Shown here: positions 1 to 13,478 of the stretch, in pieces
Position numbering within the stretch: the first letter of the stretch is position 1
Layout of the letters: each line of letters opens with the position of its first letter
Assembly: GCF_009914755.1 (NCBI RefSeq)
Contig: NC_060925.1
Strand: one strand, 5' to 3'
Length of the DNA stretch: 64,000 bases
From: the human T2T-CHM13v2.0 reference genome, Homo sapiens
Program-made: the position numbers and the translations under genes
The notes under the pieces: model-generated
Database searches by the model: none
Seen by the model: the letters and a program-made list of their open reading frames with translations, nothing else
Told to the model about the DNA's origin: nothing

Positions 1-184
1 GAAAGAAAGATAGGATGAAGATTGGGGCCTAAACAATTTTGAACATAAGCAGAAACCTGATTCAAGACAGATAATATAACCAGCCACCTCAGGAAAAATA
101 TATCTCAGAACAAATCTTCCCTGGTCTCTGCAGACTGTAAGGAATAAATGAATAAATGCAAGAAAGCCTTCTCACACATGGGAA

Positions 185-786
185 TGTTGAGTTTTACCTA
201 AGACACATGATCCTGGAAAACAGAGAAGGTTAAGAAATAACCCCCCTCTTTTGTTCTGGGAAATGGCTTACTACGAAGAACCACTGTTACCCTGTGACTT
301 AGCTAAGACTCATGGATGCCCCTTTGTTTACCCATGGCAAGGCCAGACTCAGACTCTCCAAATTCCCATGCATTGCTTCATGAAGGATTAGCTAAACAGC
401 TCTTCATTCCTGGCCAATTGAAACAAAAATGCTTGTTAACCAAACTTTAGTTAAGCTTCTCTTCTGCTCCCAGTTATCTGAACTTTGGTGAGCATACAAC
501 TCCCCTTTAACAGCCCCTCCTGGGAAGCAGCTGGCCTCAGGGTCAAACACTCTGATCTATTAGCCCATCATGGCAGACTTTCACCCCATCTCCCCACACC
601 TGGTTCTTTCCAGTCTTGTTTACTCCTCCCTATAAAGGAAAGTTATTTTTGCCTGTCCCTTGAGATGCTTGCAGATCTTATGGTCACCGCAGTCCCACTA
701 TTGCAATAGCTCCTTTTATCCCTCGCAACCATTCTTTCTAATAAAACCTCTCCTTACTAAGTCCAGAAATGTTCTTCGATTTGACA
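185..786 (+). mobile_element. ERV1-class solo LTR (MER89/MER90-like; family uncertain)
   Basis: Starts TGTTGAGTTTTACC and ends TTTGACA (TG...CA). Has TATAAA at 631 and AATAAA at 740, about 45 bp before the end. Contains the 'accaaactttagt' motif typical of MER4-group LTRs. Confidence 0.7.
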
Positions 787-1289
787 CACATCATAGACCA
801 TGCCCTCTAACTTCTCTGACACTCCTGGAGGAGATGCCACCACTGCAGTAAGAGAGAAGGGGAGAGAAAGAATACATTCTGTAGGGCCTACTATGCATTC
901 ATGCCACAGTAGAGTTTTTTACTAACGTAAATAATATTACATGGCTTGATCACTGAGCCAGTTTGGTGTGCCCTGTTGGCAGGGAAATCTAACCTGTCCG
1001 GATGCTGTTGCCTACCTTCTACTTTAAAAGTTACCTCTTGATGTTTCTGTGAAAAATTCTTTCCTCCCCCTTGCCCTTTGCTTGGTTCTTCACTGATATA
1101 TATTCTTCAAAAACCTTAAAAAATTGCAGGCTAATTTAACCCGTTCCTTCATTTGGGAAGAAAGCCATAAAGCTTTTGATCACTGGAGGCTTGTGTTCAT
1201 CTGGGAATCGCTCTTTATTTTATCACATCAGGGAAATGATGTCCACCCAGGTCCCTTCTCTACAAATGTTTATTTTTTTATTTTTCTAG

Positions 1290-1620
<331 letters not shown>

Positions 1621-1679
1621 ATTTCTGCTCTCTCTTGATCTCCATCTCTTTCTTTTCCCTCATGTTGACCCACTGAGAA

Positions 1680-1880
1680 ATTAATTAATGTGTTCACTAG
1701 CTAAACAAGTGCCTATGGAACACTGACTATATATCCAGGGTTATTCTAGGCACTGGAAACTCACAGACGCATAGTCTCTACCATCAAGAAGCTCACAAAG
1801 AGCAAAGGAAACAGACCTATAAAGTAATATAGCACAACATGATTAATCCTGTAATGGAGATATAAAAGAAAAATAAAGTG
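1680..1880 (-). mobile_element. L2 3' end fragment
   Basis: 'ctaggcactgg...gtctctaccatcaagaagctcaca' resembles the antisense L2 terminus. Confidence 0.6.
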
Positions 1881-2829
1881 CTGTAGACCGAATGTAAATC
1901 AATGGGTGGAAAAACAAAGAACCGACAAGTAACAGTTGAAAATGTTTCCTTTTTTTAATCAAATACTCAATCTCCTTCCAGGCTGGTTAGATGACACGTG
2001 GCTTAGAGTTCACAGACTGGAATATAAGGATTTTAATCTTTTAGGTACCTGCCACAGAGTCCTTTCTAGGATGCAGTATGATAAACCCTGTCTTGATTTT
2101 GGAGAAGCAGCCCACAGGTTGGGTTTTTGGGGGAGCACTGGCCTGGATTCCCTTGCCCTTGCCTTTCCACAGTCACTCAGAGCACCTCCTCTGTTAATCT
2201 CAGAGGTTACAGAGATGTGAGTGGGCCCTATCCCACCCCTAGGTTTCTCCTACACTGCCTGGGGCTAAAAGGTGTTCCAGCAACGGTAGCCCTCAAAGCT
2301 CTCAATGACCCATGTGGTTTTGCTGGGGATATCTGAGTCTCTTTCTTGCAAAGGCAGCCCCTTGTCTTTGCATATCTGGTGAACTTTATAGGAATTCCTC
2401 TTGTTGCAGAGGAAATTCAGGTTGTGGGCAATGACCTGCTATTTCAGAAATGCCCTGCAGGGACAGGCATCAGTCAATGGGTCAGGCCTCCACTCTGTTA
2501 TTGAAAGGCTGGGCCCACAGGCAGTGCTAAATACTAGGATTTTTCTTCCCCCTGAGAACTTGATAGATTTTTATTTCTATTACCCAAAACCCCCCACTTT
2601 TCTTCACATATAAAATAATGCAGCAGTTTTACAAATGAAATAAGGACCTTCTAACCTTGACAAACGTATCCTTAATCTTTCTGTGATGTCTTTAAAATCC
2701 CAAACCACTTATGAGATGAGAAAAAGGCTGGGAAAGAGAAGAAAATCATACTGTGGGAATGTAAACTCCTCCAAGTTTTCTGAAGATATGTTGACTTTCT
2801 TTAATATTCTTTTTCCATTAGTGAACTTG

Positions 2830-3026
2830 ATTCCAATCATTTACTCAACAAATATTCAAATGTTTTTCATGTGTCTGGCATTGTGCTAGGTGCTGGTGTA
2901 GGAACACAGCCCCCCTTTCCCTCAAGGTATCTACAGTTAAGAGGCAATGAAGGTCTATGGTTTCAACACAGCACCTGGTACCTTGAAAGACCTTAAAAAA
3001 TGTTTGATAAATGAATGGATGAATCA
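2830..3026. mobile_element. Two L2 3'-end fragments in opposite orientation
   Basis: 'catttactcaacaaatatt...ggcattgtgctaggtgctgg' (minus) followed by 'acagcacctggtacc...aaatgtttgataaatgaatggatgaat' (plus). Confidence 0.65.
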
Positions 3027-3319
3027 TTACCTTGTGACTAGTGGTTTTTGGTCCAGATCCCTAAAGCTGTATGTTTAGGAGAGTTAGAAAGCAGTGAAAG
3101 ATTGCCAGGAGAGACTTTGCAGGGTCTCCTCTGGGTATTCTGTAAGCAGAGCTATCTTTCTAGAAGGGTGCTACAGGGCAAAGACATAATCTCTCTAAAT
3201 TCCTGTGATTCTCTCTAGGCTTCTGAGTCTCTGTAGCTAGGTCCTATTTTGCTAGCCAGGGCCCAAATCCTTCCCACAGTGCATCCTTGTTCTAATGGTA
3301 AAGGCTCCTTGTCCAAATC

Positions 3320-3422
3320 TGGGGTATTTTGTGAGCCAGTCAACATCACATTGGTAGCTTTAAATTGGCCATGTTGGGAGCATTTACACCTTGGGAACTG
3401 GCAAATCCTACAAGTTAGCACC
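3320..3422. mobile_element. MER63-like hAT-Blackjack MITE fragment
   Basis: 'ttggtagctttaaattggccatgttgggagcatttacaccttgggaactggcaaatcctaca' matches the remembered MER63 core. Confidence 0.7.
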
Positions 3423-3904
3423 CATATCCCCCTCCATCAACCCCACCCCATCCCACCCCAGAGCCAGTTTATCAGCATTCCCTGCCTGGTTCTTCTCGCC
3501 TGCAGCTAATCTCACTGGCATGATTGGAGCCTGCCCTCTGTAGCCTGGCTTCTCCTCCTGCCCTCTGATTCCAGAGGACCTGTTGCTCTGCCCTGTTCCT
3601 TCCCTTGGTGCTGTGGGTGTGTCATTATTACCATCTACTGAACAGATGGTCTTCTGGCCTCCACTTTGGCCAGTGGACACCAGAATTCTCTTGTCCTATC
3701 AAGTTACTGCCCTCTCCCTTCTTCAGGAAAACACTGTCAGCAAAGCCAAGGGAGCCTGCATCAGAATTTGGCCTCCTGCATATCCAGTCTACATCAAATC
3801 TTTATTAAATGCCTCCTATAAGATGAACATGATGCCGTCTGTGCTCAAGGAGTGTCACAATTTAAATCCCATCCCCTCAATCAGAGAGATTTTATGGTAT
3901 CCTG

Positions 3905-4110
3905 AGAAAGGATGTGCTCTGGAGAAATATGAACCCGGTCAAATCCTAGCCCAGCCATTTACTAGCTATGTGGTCCTAGGCAAGTTACTTAACTTTTCTA
4001 AGCCTCCGTTTCTTTATCTATAAATTAAGGGCAATAGTATTTACCTTGCATGGTTACTGTTATTATTAGAGATGATGTACATAGTAGATGTTCAACAAGT
4101 TTTAGCTATT
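3905..4110 (+). mobile_element. MIR SINE
   Basis: MIR core 'tactagctatgtggtcctaggcaagttacttaacttttctaagcctccgtttc' and tail 'tagctatta'. Confidence 0.85.
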
Positions 4111-7100
4111 ACATCTTGCTTATGTGTTAATATTTAATTTTTCTTATTAAAGAACTGAGTGCATGCCATCAAAATTCTATTGTTGTCAAATTGGAATATG
4201 GTAGGAAGAGAGAGAGAGGTGTGGGGAAAAGATTATGATACCTATGTATGGTGTGGAGCAAGGTGAAGAGGGAAGCAAGGCTGAGCTGATATTGACACAT
4301 GGGCTTTAAGTGAGCCAGGCACCCTAGGTCAGGAGGGAGAGGGTTTTCTTTCCTTTCCTCTCCCACCTGTGTCCTCTCTGTTATTGAACCAAACTGGAAT
4401 CTGCCCACCTGGCTTGGGAGGTATGCCTAGCAGACACTTAAGAGAAGTCCCTGCTCTGTCTCACCTCTTACCACCTTCTTGGCAGAATGTCTGACTTTTT
4501 CCACTTTCTAGGCATCTTTTTATGACTGTTTTCCTTGATTATTGCATCCCTCCTTTCTGGGAACATATCATCATCATCTCAAATTGTTAAAAGGAAGCCT
4601 GACTCTTTGTAGCATACACTATGGATATGCACTTCAGGCAAGAAGCTGGGCAGTTCCCTTGGTGACCTTAGTGTCCCCCAGGGCTCCCCTGCCGTGTTCC
4701 TCTCCAAACACTCCTCCTTGGTATTTACAGCTTCTTGGAAGGGGAATTTTGTAACCAGGGGCTCCTTGGGGTAACTGTGGTCTCATCCTGACCTGTATGA
4801 GCACACACAGAGACGTCTCAGCACTCAGGTTCTTCCACACAGTGGGTGACCGGCTGTTCAATGGCAGGGCATTTGGGTGTCATAAAGGTGACAATGAAGC
4901 AATGAGCAAAAATACTGAGGAAGAAAAAGCCGTGGAACTCCCTTCCTCTAGCCCACAGCCTGGAGGGCTGCTATGCAGCCATCTGGACTCATGGGGATCC
5001 CCCCACCTGAGTGGGGCTGGTGAAATAGCTTTCTTCCTGAGGGAGGAAGGAAGGAAGGAAGGGAAATGGCTCAGTTACATTAGTGGAGATAAATCGAGGG
5101 TGGACAATAAAGGCTAAGAGGGCTGCTGAAAGAATTATAAACCTTTCATCTTTGGATGTGGCTGGGGTGGTCAGAGCCTGAAGAGAGTACAACCAAATTC
5201 TATTTTTAACTGGTGTGTGTCTCCCAGCTGAAGGGGAGGGAGGATTCTTGGACCTTCTTTTCTCCTTAAAGTTTGCTCTATGAGCTTTTCCATAAAGGGA
5301 TGTTGAGCACCAAGCCTGGACTTCAGTCTGGGCAGGTGATTAAACAGTAACTCCTCCTTTTTCAGAAACTGGATTTTAAACATGTATTGGGAGAGGAGGG
5401 ATCAGGCTTAGTCTGCAGGCCTGGAGATGCTTTGGTGATGTTGAGGACTCCACATCCTGCCCCTTACACAGGCAGGGATCCAATGCCTGGAGGAGTAGGG
5501 GTCTGAGGGCCACATCAAGGCCCCGCCCTGAGGCTTCGAGGTCACAGAGCCTATGTGTCTCCTTACGGTGTAAACTCAGATGAGTGTGAGCTCTAATCCT
5601 GTTCCTGACTCACTTTGGCCGGTCTCCTGACCCCTCAGGACTTCAGCGTCCTCCTGCTTCAGGAATTAGAGTGTAGAGAGGAGCATGGAGATTAAGCGGA
5701 GCCTTCCAATTGTGCAGTGGTACTGAATGGAGACAAGAAACCAAACTGGAGCTCTAAACACACTTATTTACAGTCTGCATCACAAACATAGCTTGCACCT
5801 TTCAGTTAGGCTTCTAAAACATCCCACATCCACATATATTTAGGTTTTACTTTGCATAGTAGTTAAGAATCTCACTGAAGCCTGTGCTCAAAAGATATTT
5901 AATGACGTTCCATGCTCAATGCTAGGAGTTTCAAAAGCAATACTGTAATGTAGGTAGATATTAAATGTGTTTACCTAAAGTACATACCTAAAATAGCTAC
6001 ATTAAGGTAATTTTTAAAAATAACTGAGAGAATGGCATGTGCATAGGCTCTGTTCTTTCTGCGTGGGACAAACCATCTACCAGGAGATGTGCCAGGGGCC
6101 AAATAGGCTTCCAGGTCAGCTACGTTTCCCCATGCGACCCTAAAGGGCATTTCTAGATTCCAAGGGTTCTGTTCAGAAGTATTCTCTGGGGGATGCATTT
6201 TATCTGATCTCTTTGCCCTTCACCCTGCTCATGGCCCTGTGTTCATGACCAAAGCCTCCCCTCTATAGCCCTCAGTGTCTGGGATGTCCCCCACCTGCCT
6301 TGGCATGCAGGCATTACAGCCCTCAGGAGATGTCACATGTCTCCTTGAGAAAGCGACACTGATCCTTAGCCCTCTGCAGGCACCCACAACCTCCTGGCAG
6401 CTGGCGGGTGATGCTAGGTGTGCTCTGGGATCCAGACATGTGAAAGTGGCCACCTCTCTGAAGCAGAAATTTGAAGGCTTGGGGGTCTGGTGTAGCCTGG
6501 TTTCTCCCTGCTGCAGGATGGGGGCAGAGGAAACAAAATCTCTTCTCTGGAAATCAAACAGGTGGTGTTCAGAGCTGAGGGGATCACGGGGCTCAGCACA
6601 GGCAAGGAGGGCTGTGCTCCTTGGTGGTCCCCGCTGGCCATGCTCCCACTGTCTGGGCGTTGGCATGTAGATATTTCAGGAAGCAAGTTTCATTTATCTG
6701 GCATGAGGAGCATAGGAAAGAAGACAGAGTTGAGAACTGGGAAAACTGGGCTCTAGTGTTCCCAGCTACTCCCTGTGTGACTTTTGCTACCAACCTCCTG
6801 TGTGGCTGACTGCATGCAGCTTTGCCACCAACTCCCTGTGTGGCTGTAGGACAGGCACTAAGTCTCAGTTTCTTGGACTGTGACATGAGAGGTTGAAAAA
6901 GATAATTTCGAAGATGCCTTCCAGCTTCAGCCATCTATAATTCTGGTATTATTTTTGGTGCCAGCCATTAACAAATATGTGAAGTTGACAATGTCTACTC
7001 TTTCCACCACTCCCAAAATAAATTCATTCCTCCCACTCTGCTTCTTCCTTCCTTCAGCCCTTCTTTCTCCTCTTTCTTCTATTAAGGAGTAGCTGAGCCC

Positions 7101-7527
7101 CTTCCACAAGCCAATTGTGAGGATTCAATGGCATGGTTAGAGTCCCTGTCCAGGACCGTGCTTGCTGCCATATTCGCTGAGAGTTTTCTGATACCGGAAC
7201 ACCTTTACTGATCATTACACAAAAATATCTCTTCCTCAGAATCTTCCTATGTCCTCTCCCCATGGAGATTTACCCTTTTAGGTGTTGGTCCCTTGCACTG
7301 AAGACCTGACCCTTAGTCAGACGTGAGTGTCTGGGTGCCTCTATGTGCCAGCCTTCCCAGACACAGCTTGCATTTCAATTACCACTGTCTGCACCAGGAG
7401 GTCTGGGAGCTAAGGTCGGCACTGGCTCCAGTCAGCGGGGTAGAGACGATTTGGTGACAATGCGATCCCTCTGCCCTATGTCCCATTACCTTCCACAGCA
7501 GGATTCTTGCATCGGGATGGCCTAAAG

Positions 7528-7680
7528 CCTTCTATTCATAGTGTGGTGTGAGACCAGCCACATCAGCATTACCTGGGAACTTCTAAGAAAGCAGAACCTA
7601 AGGTCCCATTCCAGACCTGCTGAATCGAAATCTAAGATCCTCAGTGATTTGTTTGTGCGTTAAAGTCTGAGAAGTACTGG
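7528..7680. mobile_element. MER5A (hAT-Charlie MITE)
   Basis: 'catcagcattacctgggaactt...ccagacctgctgaatc...aagtctgagaagtactg'. Confidence 0.8.
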
Positions 7681-7751
7681 CTGAAGCCTTTGGAATATTG
7701 ATAATAACAGTTTCACTTTCTTTCACTATCAAAGAATGTTCCTCACCCTGA

Positions 7752-7985
7752 GAATAATAGTAATAGTTAATAACTACACAACATCTTTTTTTATTTCACA
7801 GAAGTTTCACACAAATACGATCTTTTAAAAAATCTTTATCTTTTCAAAGTAGTTTTCATTTTACCCATTTTAGATCAGGAAACTGATACTCAGAAAGGTT
7901 TAGTTCTTGACCAAGATCATGCGGCCAGTAAATAAAAGCAAGAACATGAACTCAAGACTCTGGACTTCAAACTTGACTTCCTGCA
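7752..7985 (-). mobile_element. MIR SINE
   Basis: 'cccattttagatcaggaaactgatactcagaaaggtt...ccaagatca'. Confidence 0.75.
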
Positions 7986-9589
7986 TCACTCCTAGGTAGA
8001 AGTACCTACTTTTCCCCTAAAATCTCTTTTGTTACTTAATTGGGAGGGTCATTCAAGCTCAACCAACATTCCTTATGATAACTACAGTATTGGGGCAGGC
8101 TCCCTGCACTCACCCAATTTATATATTTTCATTCCTTCTCTTAAGCTGAGTAAATTGTATGGAAATAGATCTGGACCCTGTTTGTAAATGTTTATTGCCC
8201 ACTAATCAGAAGTAAGTTGCAATTAGACTGAAGTTAGAAAGTAATGGCATAGTAGTTACCATGTGATTAAGGAGTAATGGCATGTGATTATATCTCTGGC
8301 CCTGAGGTTTAAAGTGATATCATTAGAGCCCACCTCCTATTCAGAGAAACCTAGAATACAAATGTAGCATCAATGCAGACACTACAAATCAACCTGGCAG
8401 GGCTGGTTATTTTTCCCCTCTCCCCTTTAATTTTACTACAGTTCCTGGACTCAACTGAATGCATATTGGCAGCCACTTAGCTGCTTTTGTTCCATGCTAT
8501 TAAACTGCAGTTCTTTTTCACATGGGGAGTCTCTGCCCCAACTGGCTAAGATGAAACCATTTGTTCCCTCTGCCCACCCTGCTGGTAGACACTCTCCTTA
8601 GCCCTAGGAGTAGGGCACTGCTTTGCTCAGGAGAACCATACAGAAAGCCATAGGGCCGTTGCTTACAGCAGGGAGTGGAATCCCCCAACCTGGTTGGCCT
8701 GAATACGCCAGCTTTATAATCTACAGAGGAACCCACATCCTGTTTGTCACCTCCAGGAACACACTGGAAAGAGGGTTAACCTGGGTGCTGGGACTATTGG
8801 AGCTTCTACTTTAGGCAATGCCATTGATCAAACACTGCCCTTGCCTTCTGCCCAGGAGCACCTGGCACACAGGTTGTGATTCATTTGAGAAGACAGGATT
8901 TGGTTGGCCACTAACCTAATGTGCCTATTTGGTTTTCCATCTGGCTGTTCATTAGGGCACAGCTGTGCCTCCCTGGCCTCATTGCCCAGGTGGGTGAAGG
9001 GCTGGCAGGGCAACTTCTGCAACTAAAGAGCAAATGGCCTCCATGAAAAGAGACCTTGCTGCCCTGGGGTGCTAGGAGGGTCTCCATTAGTGACTGAGTG
9101 CCTGTTCTCTCCAGTCTCCTCCTCTATCACGGTCTACTCCTCCACATCCCTCCTAGGCCATCTCAAGTTGCCTAGCTTGCTAATGGAAAAAGACAGTTCC
9201 ATTAGAAAGCTGGGCAACCATGAGAGCAATGGACCATGAGAGCATTGTCCATTCCTGTCCAAAGGACCAAAAGGAACATCTAGTATTTATAGAGCCCTTT
9301 ACCAGCTTGCAACACATAAAACTTCGTGCAGAATGTCAGTCTAGGATGGCCTCCCAGGACAATGGCCCAGAGCAGGAGGTACATTATGGAACCATTTCAA
9401 TGCAGAATGATTCCAGTTTCAGGAGACCAGAAAAGTCACACAGATAACCCACCTGATGTATTGAGTAGAACAAAGCTAAGCAGGCTCATTAGTCTATCAA
9501 GTGCCAACCTGGCTGGGGAGAAAACAAGTATCCTCCACAGCTCGCTTTGGACCTGAAAAAAGAGTAAACCAATACCAGCCATGGATGTA

Positions 9590-9740
9590 CAGAATTAGAA
9601 CACAAGTCTTGGGAAATTATTCAATCCAAACCCACCGTCTTATAGATGAGGTAATAGAGTTCCAGAGATGTTGTGACACTTGTTCCCAAGACCCAATACT
9701 CGCCAGAGCAGAGCCAGGAAAAGTACCCAGGTCATGATGC
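9590..9740 (-). mobile_element. MIR/MIR3 fragment
   Basis: 'ttatagatgaggtaatagagttccagaga...cccaagacc...gcagagccagga...acccaggtc'. Confidence 0.6.
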
Positions 9741-11239
9741 TCAGGAAATTGGTAGTAATCAAATATTTTCCTGCTTTTCCCCAGAGGAAAAAAGCATAAT
9801 ACATACAGCCAATCACCACTAAAACAGTGCAAACACAGAGGTTGTGTGTTGGAATGAAAACAAGGAGGACTTCAGAATAAGAAAGCATTTGCTCCAACTT
9901 GTTTTTACCCTAGTGGCATGGCCTCTTGTGTAAATCACTGAAACTTACCCATCTATAAAATGGGATTAATAAAACCTACCTCACCAATTAAATGGAAGGG
10001 GAGAATTAAATGGAAGGTAAAGTGCTGTGTAATTGTTATAATGTGTAATTTCACATAGATGCAGTCATCTCTGTTAATAAATCTCCATCTGGCTCTTCCT
10101 TGGGCAAGGAAGTCCAAGAAGTGATTTCAGGGGCCCAGAGGTAAATTCTGGCACAGAACTCTTTCTCCCTGGTTTTTAAGAGAGTAATAGGCAGGATAGA
10201 CAAAGTGCTTAGTGAGCTCAGAGCAATGAGTGTGCACTTTCAGCTAGACGGATTGCTCTCAGTTTTATTACCAACCCCACAGTTATTGAGCTTCTGCTGG
10301 GTGTGAGCTGAGCTTGGAAGCCTGATAGAATTGGAATAGGCAGAGAGAACTGGGTAGACGAAACATAACAACCAGGCTGGAGTATTGGTAGGAAAATTTT
10401 GACCCAGTAACCTCAACCGCCTTTCCCTTAACCTGGCTTTTATCTGAGCTGTTAACAATGAGCCAGAGAAACTAGTCCAAGTTCTGGAGGCTTTCCATCC
10501 CTTCGCCCACCTCCAGCAGAGCTGCTAACAAGCAGAACACAGCCCAAAGGCTGGCAGCAGGAGGCAGAGAGAAAAGAAGCAGAGGGGCTGAGCTAGCCAA
10601 GCCTGTATGATTGGGCAGAGCAGTGGCGAGTAGGTGGTTCAAAGACTGAGGACCTAGGATGCGCTCCTGAATTTAGTCACACCAGTCATGCTGTGCACTG
10701 GGCTGGCCTCTGGTGTCCAGCACTGCAACAGTCACAGCTGAAGAGCCCCTCACCAGGGTGAGCAGGTGTATGGGATGCTCTTTCATGGAAGCTCGATCTC
10801 AAATGAGTTTGTGTGAGTAGAAAAAAAAAAGAGAGAGAGAAGCTTTTCTAAACTCCAACTTGCTTTATAAGCTCGGTTGTTCTGTTTAGTCTCATACTTA
10901 CCTGCCAGTTGGGCTGGCCCCTGACCCACAGGCATAGTTTCCAGAGTGCTGAGAGCACTCTGAATGCCTCCATTGCCATGTCCTGTTAATTCTAAATGCG
11001 AAATGCTATTACCACGCACCCCTCTTCCCTTTGCTATCGCTCTTGCCTTGATTCAGGACGGCATTGCCATCGTCCTTGACTGTTAACTGCAGGAGGGTGG
11101 AGACCTCTTCTCTCCAGCTGACCGCTCTGTTCTGGCACATGGCAGGCACTCAACATGTATTGTGACCAACTGATGGGCATGATGTACTGTAATAGGACCC
11201 CTGCTCATCTCACTGTCTACATCTGTCTGCGCTCTAGCC

Positions 11240-11845
11240 TGAATTCTGCTGCCAGACTAATCTTCCTGATCAAAATCTTCTAATGCCTCCTTACTGCCTG
11301 CTGAATCAAGTCCAAATCCTTACCTTGAATTCCCCACTTGTCATGACCTGGCCCCATCTGACCCTCCTTGCTTCCCTTCATGGATCTGACACCCCCACCA
11401 CACTCAGCTACTCACTGCCCCAAACTCACCCCTGAGGTGCATTTCAGGACGCTTTCTTCCTCTGGCCATTATCCTCACTGCCAGATGTATCTATCTAAAT
11501 TATACTCCACTTTCCTGTGCCTCCAATTTCCTAATGTATTAAATGGGTTAATAGTAGTACCTATCTCATAGGGTTGTTGTATAAAGCATTGACACAGTTT
11601 CACAGCTAGCACTTGCTTGATAAACTCTTGTCAATATTATTAGCTACCTACCCTTCAATGTCCAGCTCAAATTTCACTTCCTCACTTGGAACTTTCCTGC
11701 TCCTCCCTCCTTCCTCTCTGCCTTTATATCCCATCCATCTTATACCTTCTCTAAGCACTTAGAAACTATCAACATTCAACATGTTTTGAATTATGGCTGT
11801 CCTACCTTTCCTACTTGATTATAAGCACCATAGAGGCAAGGATTT
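11240..11845 (+). mobile_element. L2 fragments interrupted by a MIR piece (about 11520-11645)
   Basis: 'gctgccagactaatcttcct...aagtccaaatcctt...catgacctggcccc' and 'cccttcaatgtccagctcaaatttcacttcctc'. Confidence 0.6.
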
Positions 11846-11849
11846 GTAT

Positions 11850-12105
11850 CGCACAAAGGTTAAGGGTATGGCCCTAGATTGAGCCTACCCTGGTTCACAT
11901 CTCAGCTCCACAGCTTCCTGGCTGAAACACTTTTGCAAGTTATTTTATCTCTGCAGGTTTAGTTCCGTCTCTTTGAAAGAGGGATAATAACGTTATTCAC
12001 TCTGTGAGGATGTTAAGAGCATTGAGTGAGATAATCCATGTAAAGCACTAAGCAGAGTGCTTTGTACATAATATATGTTGGGTAAATGTTAGGTATTATT
12101 GTTAT
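11850..12105 (+). mobile_element. MIR SINE (near full length)
   Basis: 'ggttaagggtatgg...ctggttcacatctcagctcc...gcaagttatttt...tgagataatccatgtaaagcactaagcagagtg...gttaggtattattgtta'. Confidence 0.85.
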
Positions 12106-12361
12106 ACATTTCTGTATCTTACATATTGAATGTAGAACTTTGAACACTAAATAAATATTTGGGAAATAAATGAGTCTTGGAGACTCTGAATCTGGAAGGA
12201 GCACTGTAGGCAAAAAAGCCTTACAGGCCCTCATTTCCTATTGAATCCCTGACTGATACTCCTCTGCAGCAGGGAATCAGGTGTTTGCAGGTACATGGCA
12301 GAGCTGGGGCACCAGGCACCCATAGCACTCATGCCAGTTTTGGAGAACTACCTCAACAGAA

Positions 12362-12558
12362 GCAGGTGACCTGGTCCCTCCTTCTTTTTCTGGCCACATT
12401 GCTTTTCATTCCACATCAAGCCCCGTGGGATGCCCACACTAACCTCTATCTAACCAGGCTTTCTTCCGCAGGCATTTGTATATACTGTTTCCTTTCCATG
12501 GAACACCCTCTAGCCCGATATCCACGTGCCACTCACACCCTGTCCTTTGCCAACTCCT
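12362..12558 (+). repeat. 197-bp dispersed direct duplication, copy 1 (inside an L2 relic)
   Basis: Identical to 13479-13675 except 6 substitutions, by direct comparison. Confidence 0.97.
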
Positions 12559-12637
12559 ACGCATGTTTAAGGCCCCAGTATGGGCATCTCTTCCTCTGGG
12601 AAGCTTTCCCAGAACTCTCTAGACTGCTTTAGATGCC

Positions 12638-13085
12638 TGTATTGGTTTCTTAAGGTTGTAACGAAGTACAACAACTGAGTATCTTAAAACAACAGAAATT
12701 TGTCATCTGATAGTTATGGAAGCTAAAAGTCCTAAATCAAGGTATTAGCAGGGCTATGATGCCTCTGAAACCTATAGGGAGAATATTTTCTTGCCTCTTC
12801 CTAGCTCCTGGTGACTTATGGGCACTCTCTGGCATGCCTTAACTTAAAGCTTCTTAAGCCCATCTGTCTTCATATTTACATGGGGTTGTCCCTGGTGCCT
12901 CTGTTTCCCCATGTCTGTTTTATAAGGACACCAGCCACATTGGATTAAGAACCCACCCTACTCCAGTATGACCCCATCCTAATTACATCTGCAAAGATCC
13001 TATTTCCAAATAAGGTTACGTTTTGAGGTACTGAGGGTTAAGATTTCAACGTACATTTTTTGGAAGACAAATTCAACCTATAACA
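12638..13085 (-). mobile_element. MLT1C-like MaLR solo LTR
   Basis: TGTATT...TAACA ends. Contains 'cttaaaacaacagaaattt' and 'taattacatctgcaaagatcctatttccaaataagg'. Degenerate 5-bp TSD atgcc/gtgct. Inserted into L2. Confidence 0.9.
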
Positions 13086-13478
13086 GTGCTCTTCAACTTG
13101 TCTCTCATGGGATCCGAAAGTACTATTGGCTTACCTTTCTAAAGGATCAATTGACCTAAATTGACCTGGTTGATCATAAACTCTGTGTATACAAAGACAT
13201 CATCTGCCAAATTCACCACTATTGTGTGTGTGCATATATATGTTGGGTAAATATTAGGTATTACTATTACACATTTCTCTATATACCTACACAGTATAAT
13301 ATATATCTAGTACCTGATACAGTCTTTGGATAATAAATAAAAGACTCCCAGAAAACAGTTTCTTACCCAAAATGTAGCCTCCTAGTTGTTCCTAATGCTG
13401 TGAATCAGCCCTCTTGCTCTGGGCATCCCAATTTGTTGGAGGTGCAGGAGGTGATGTTTGCTCACAGGACTATTGCCT

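Noticed and set aside
9986-10017. Small tandem duplications (9986-10017, 25830-25874, 37441-37458, 39527-39553)
   Set aside because: Ordinary replication-slippage duplications that are common genome-wide.
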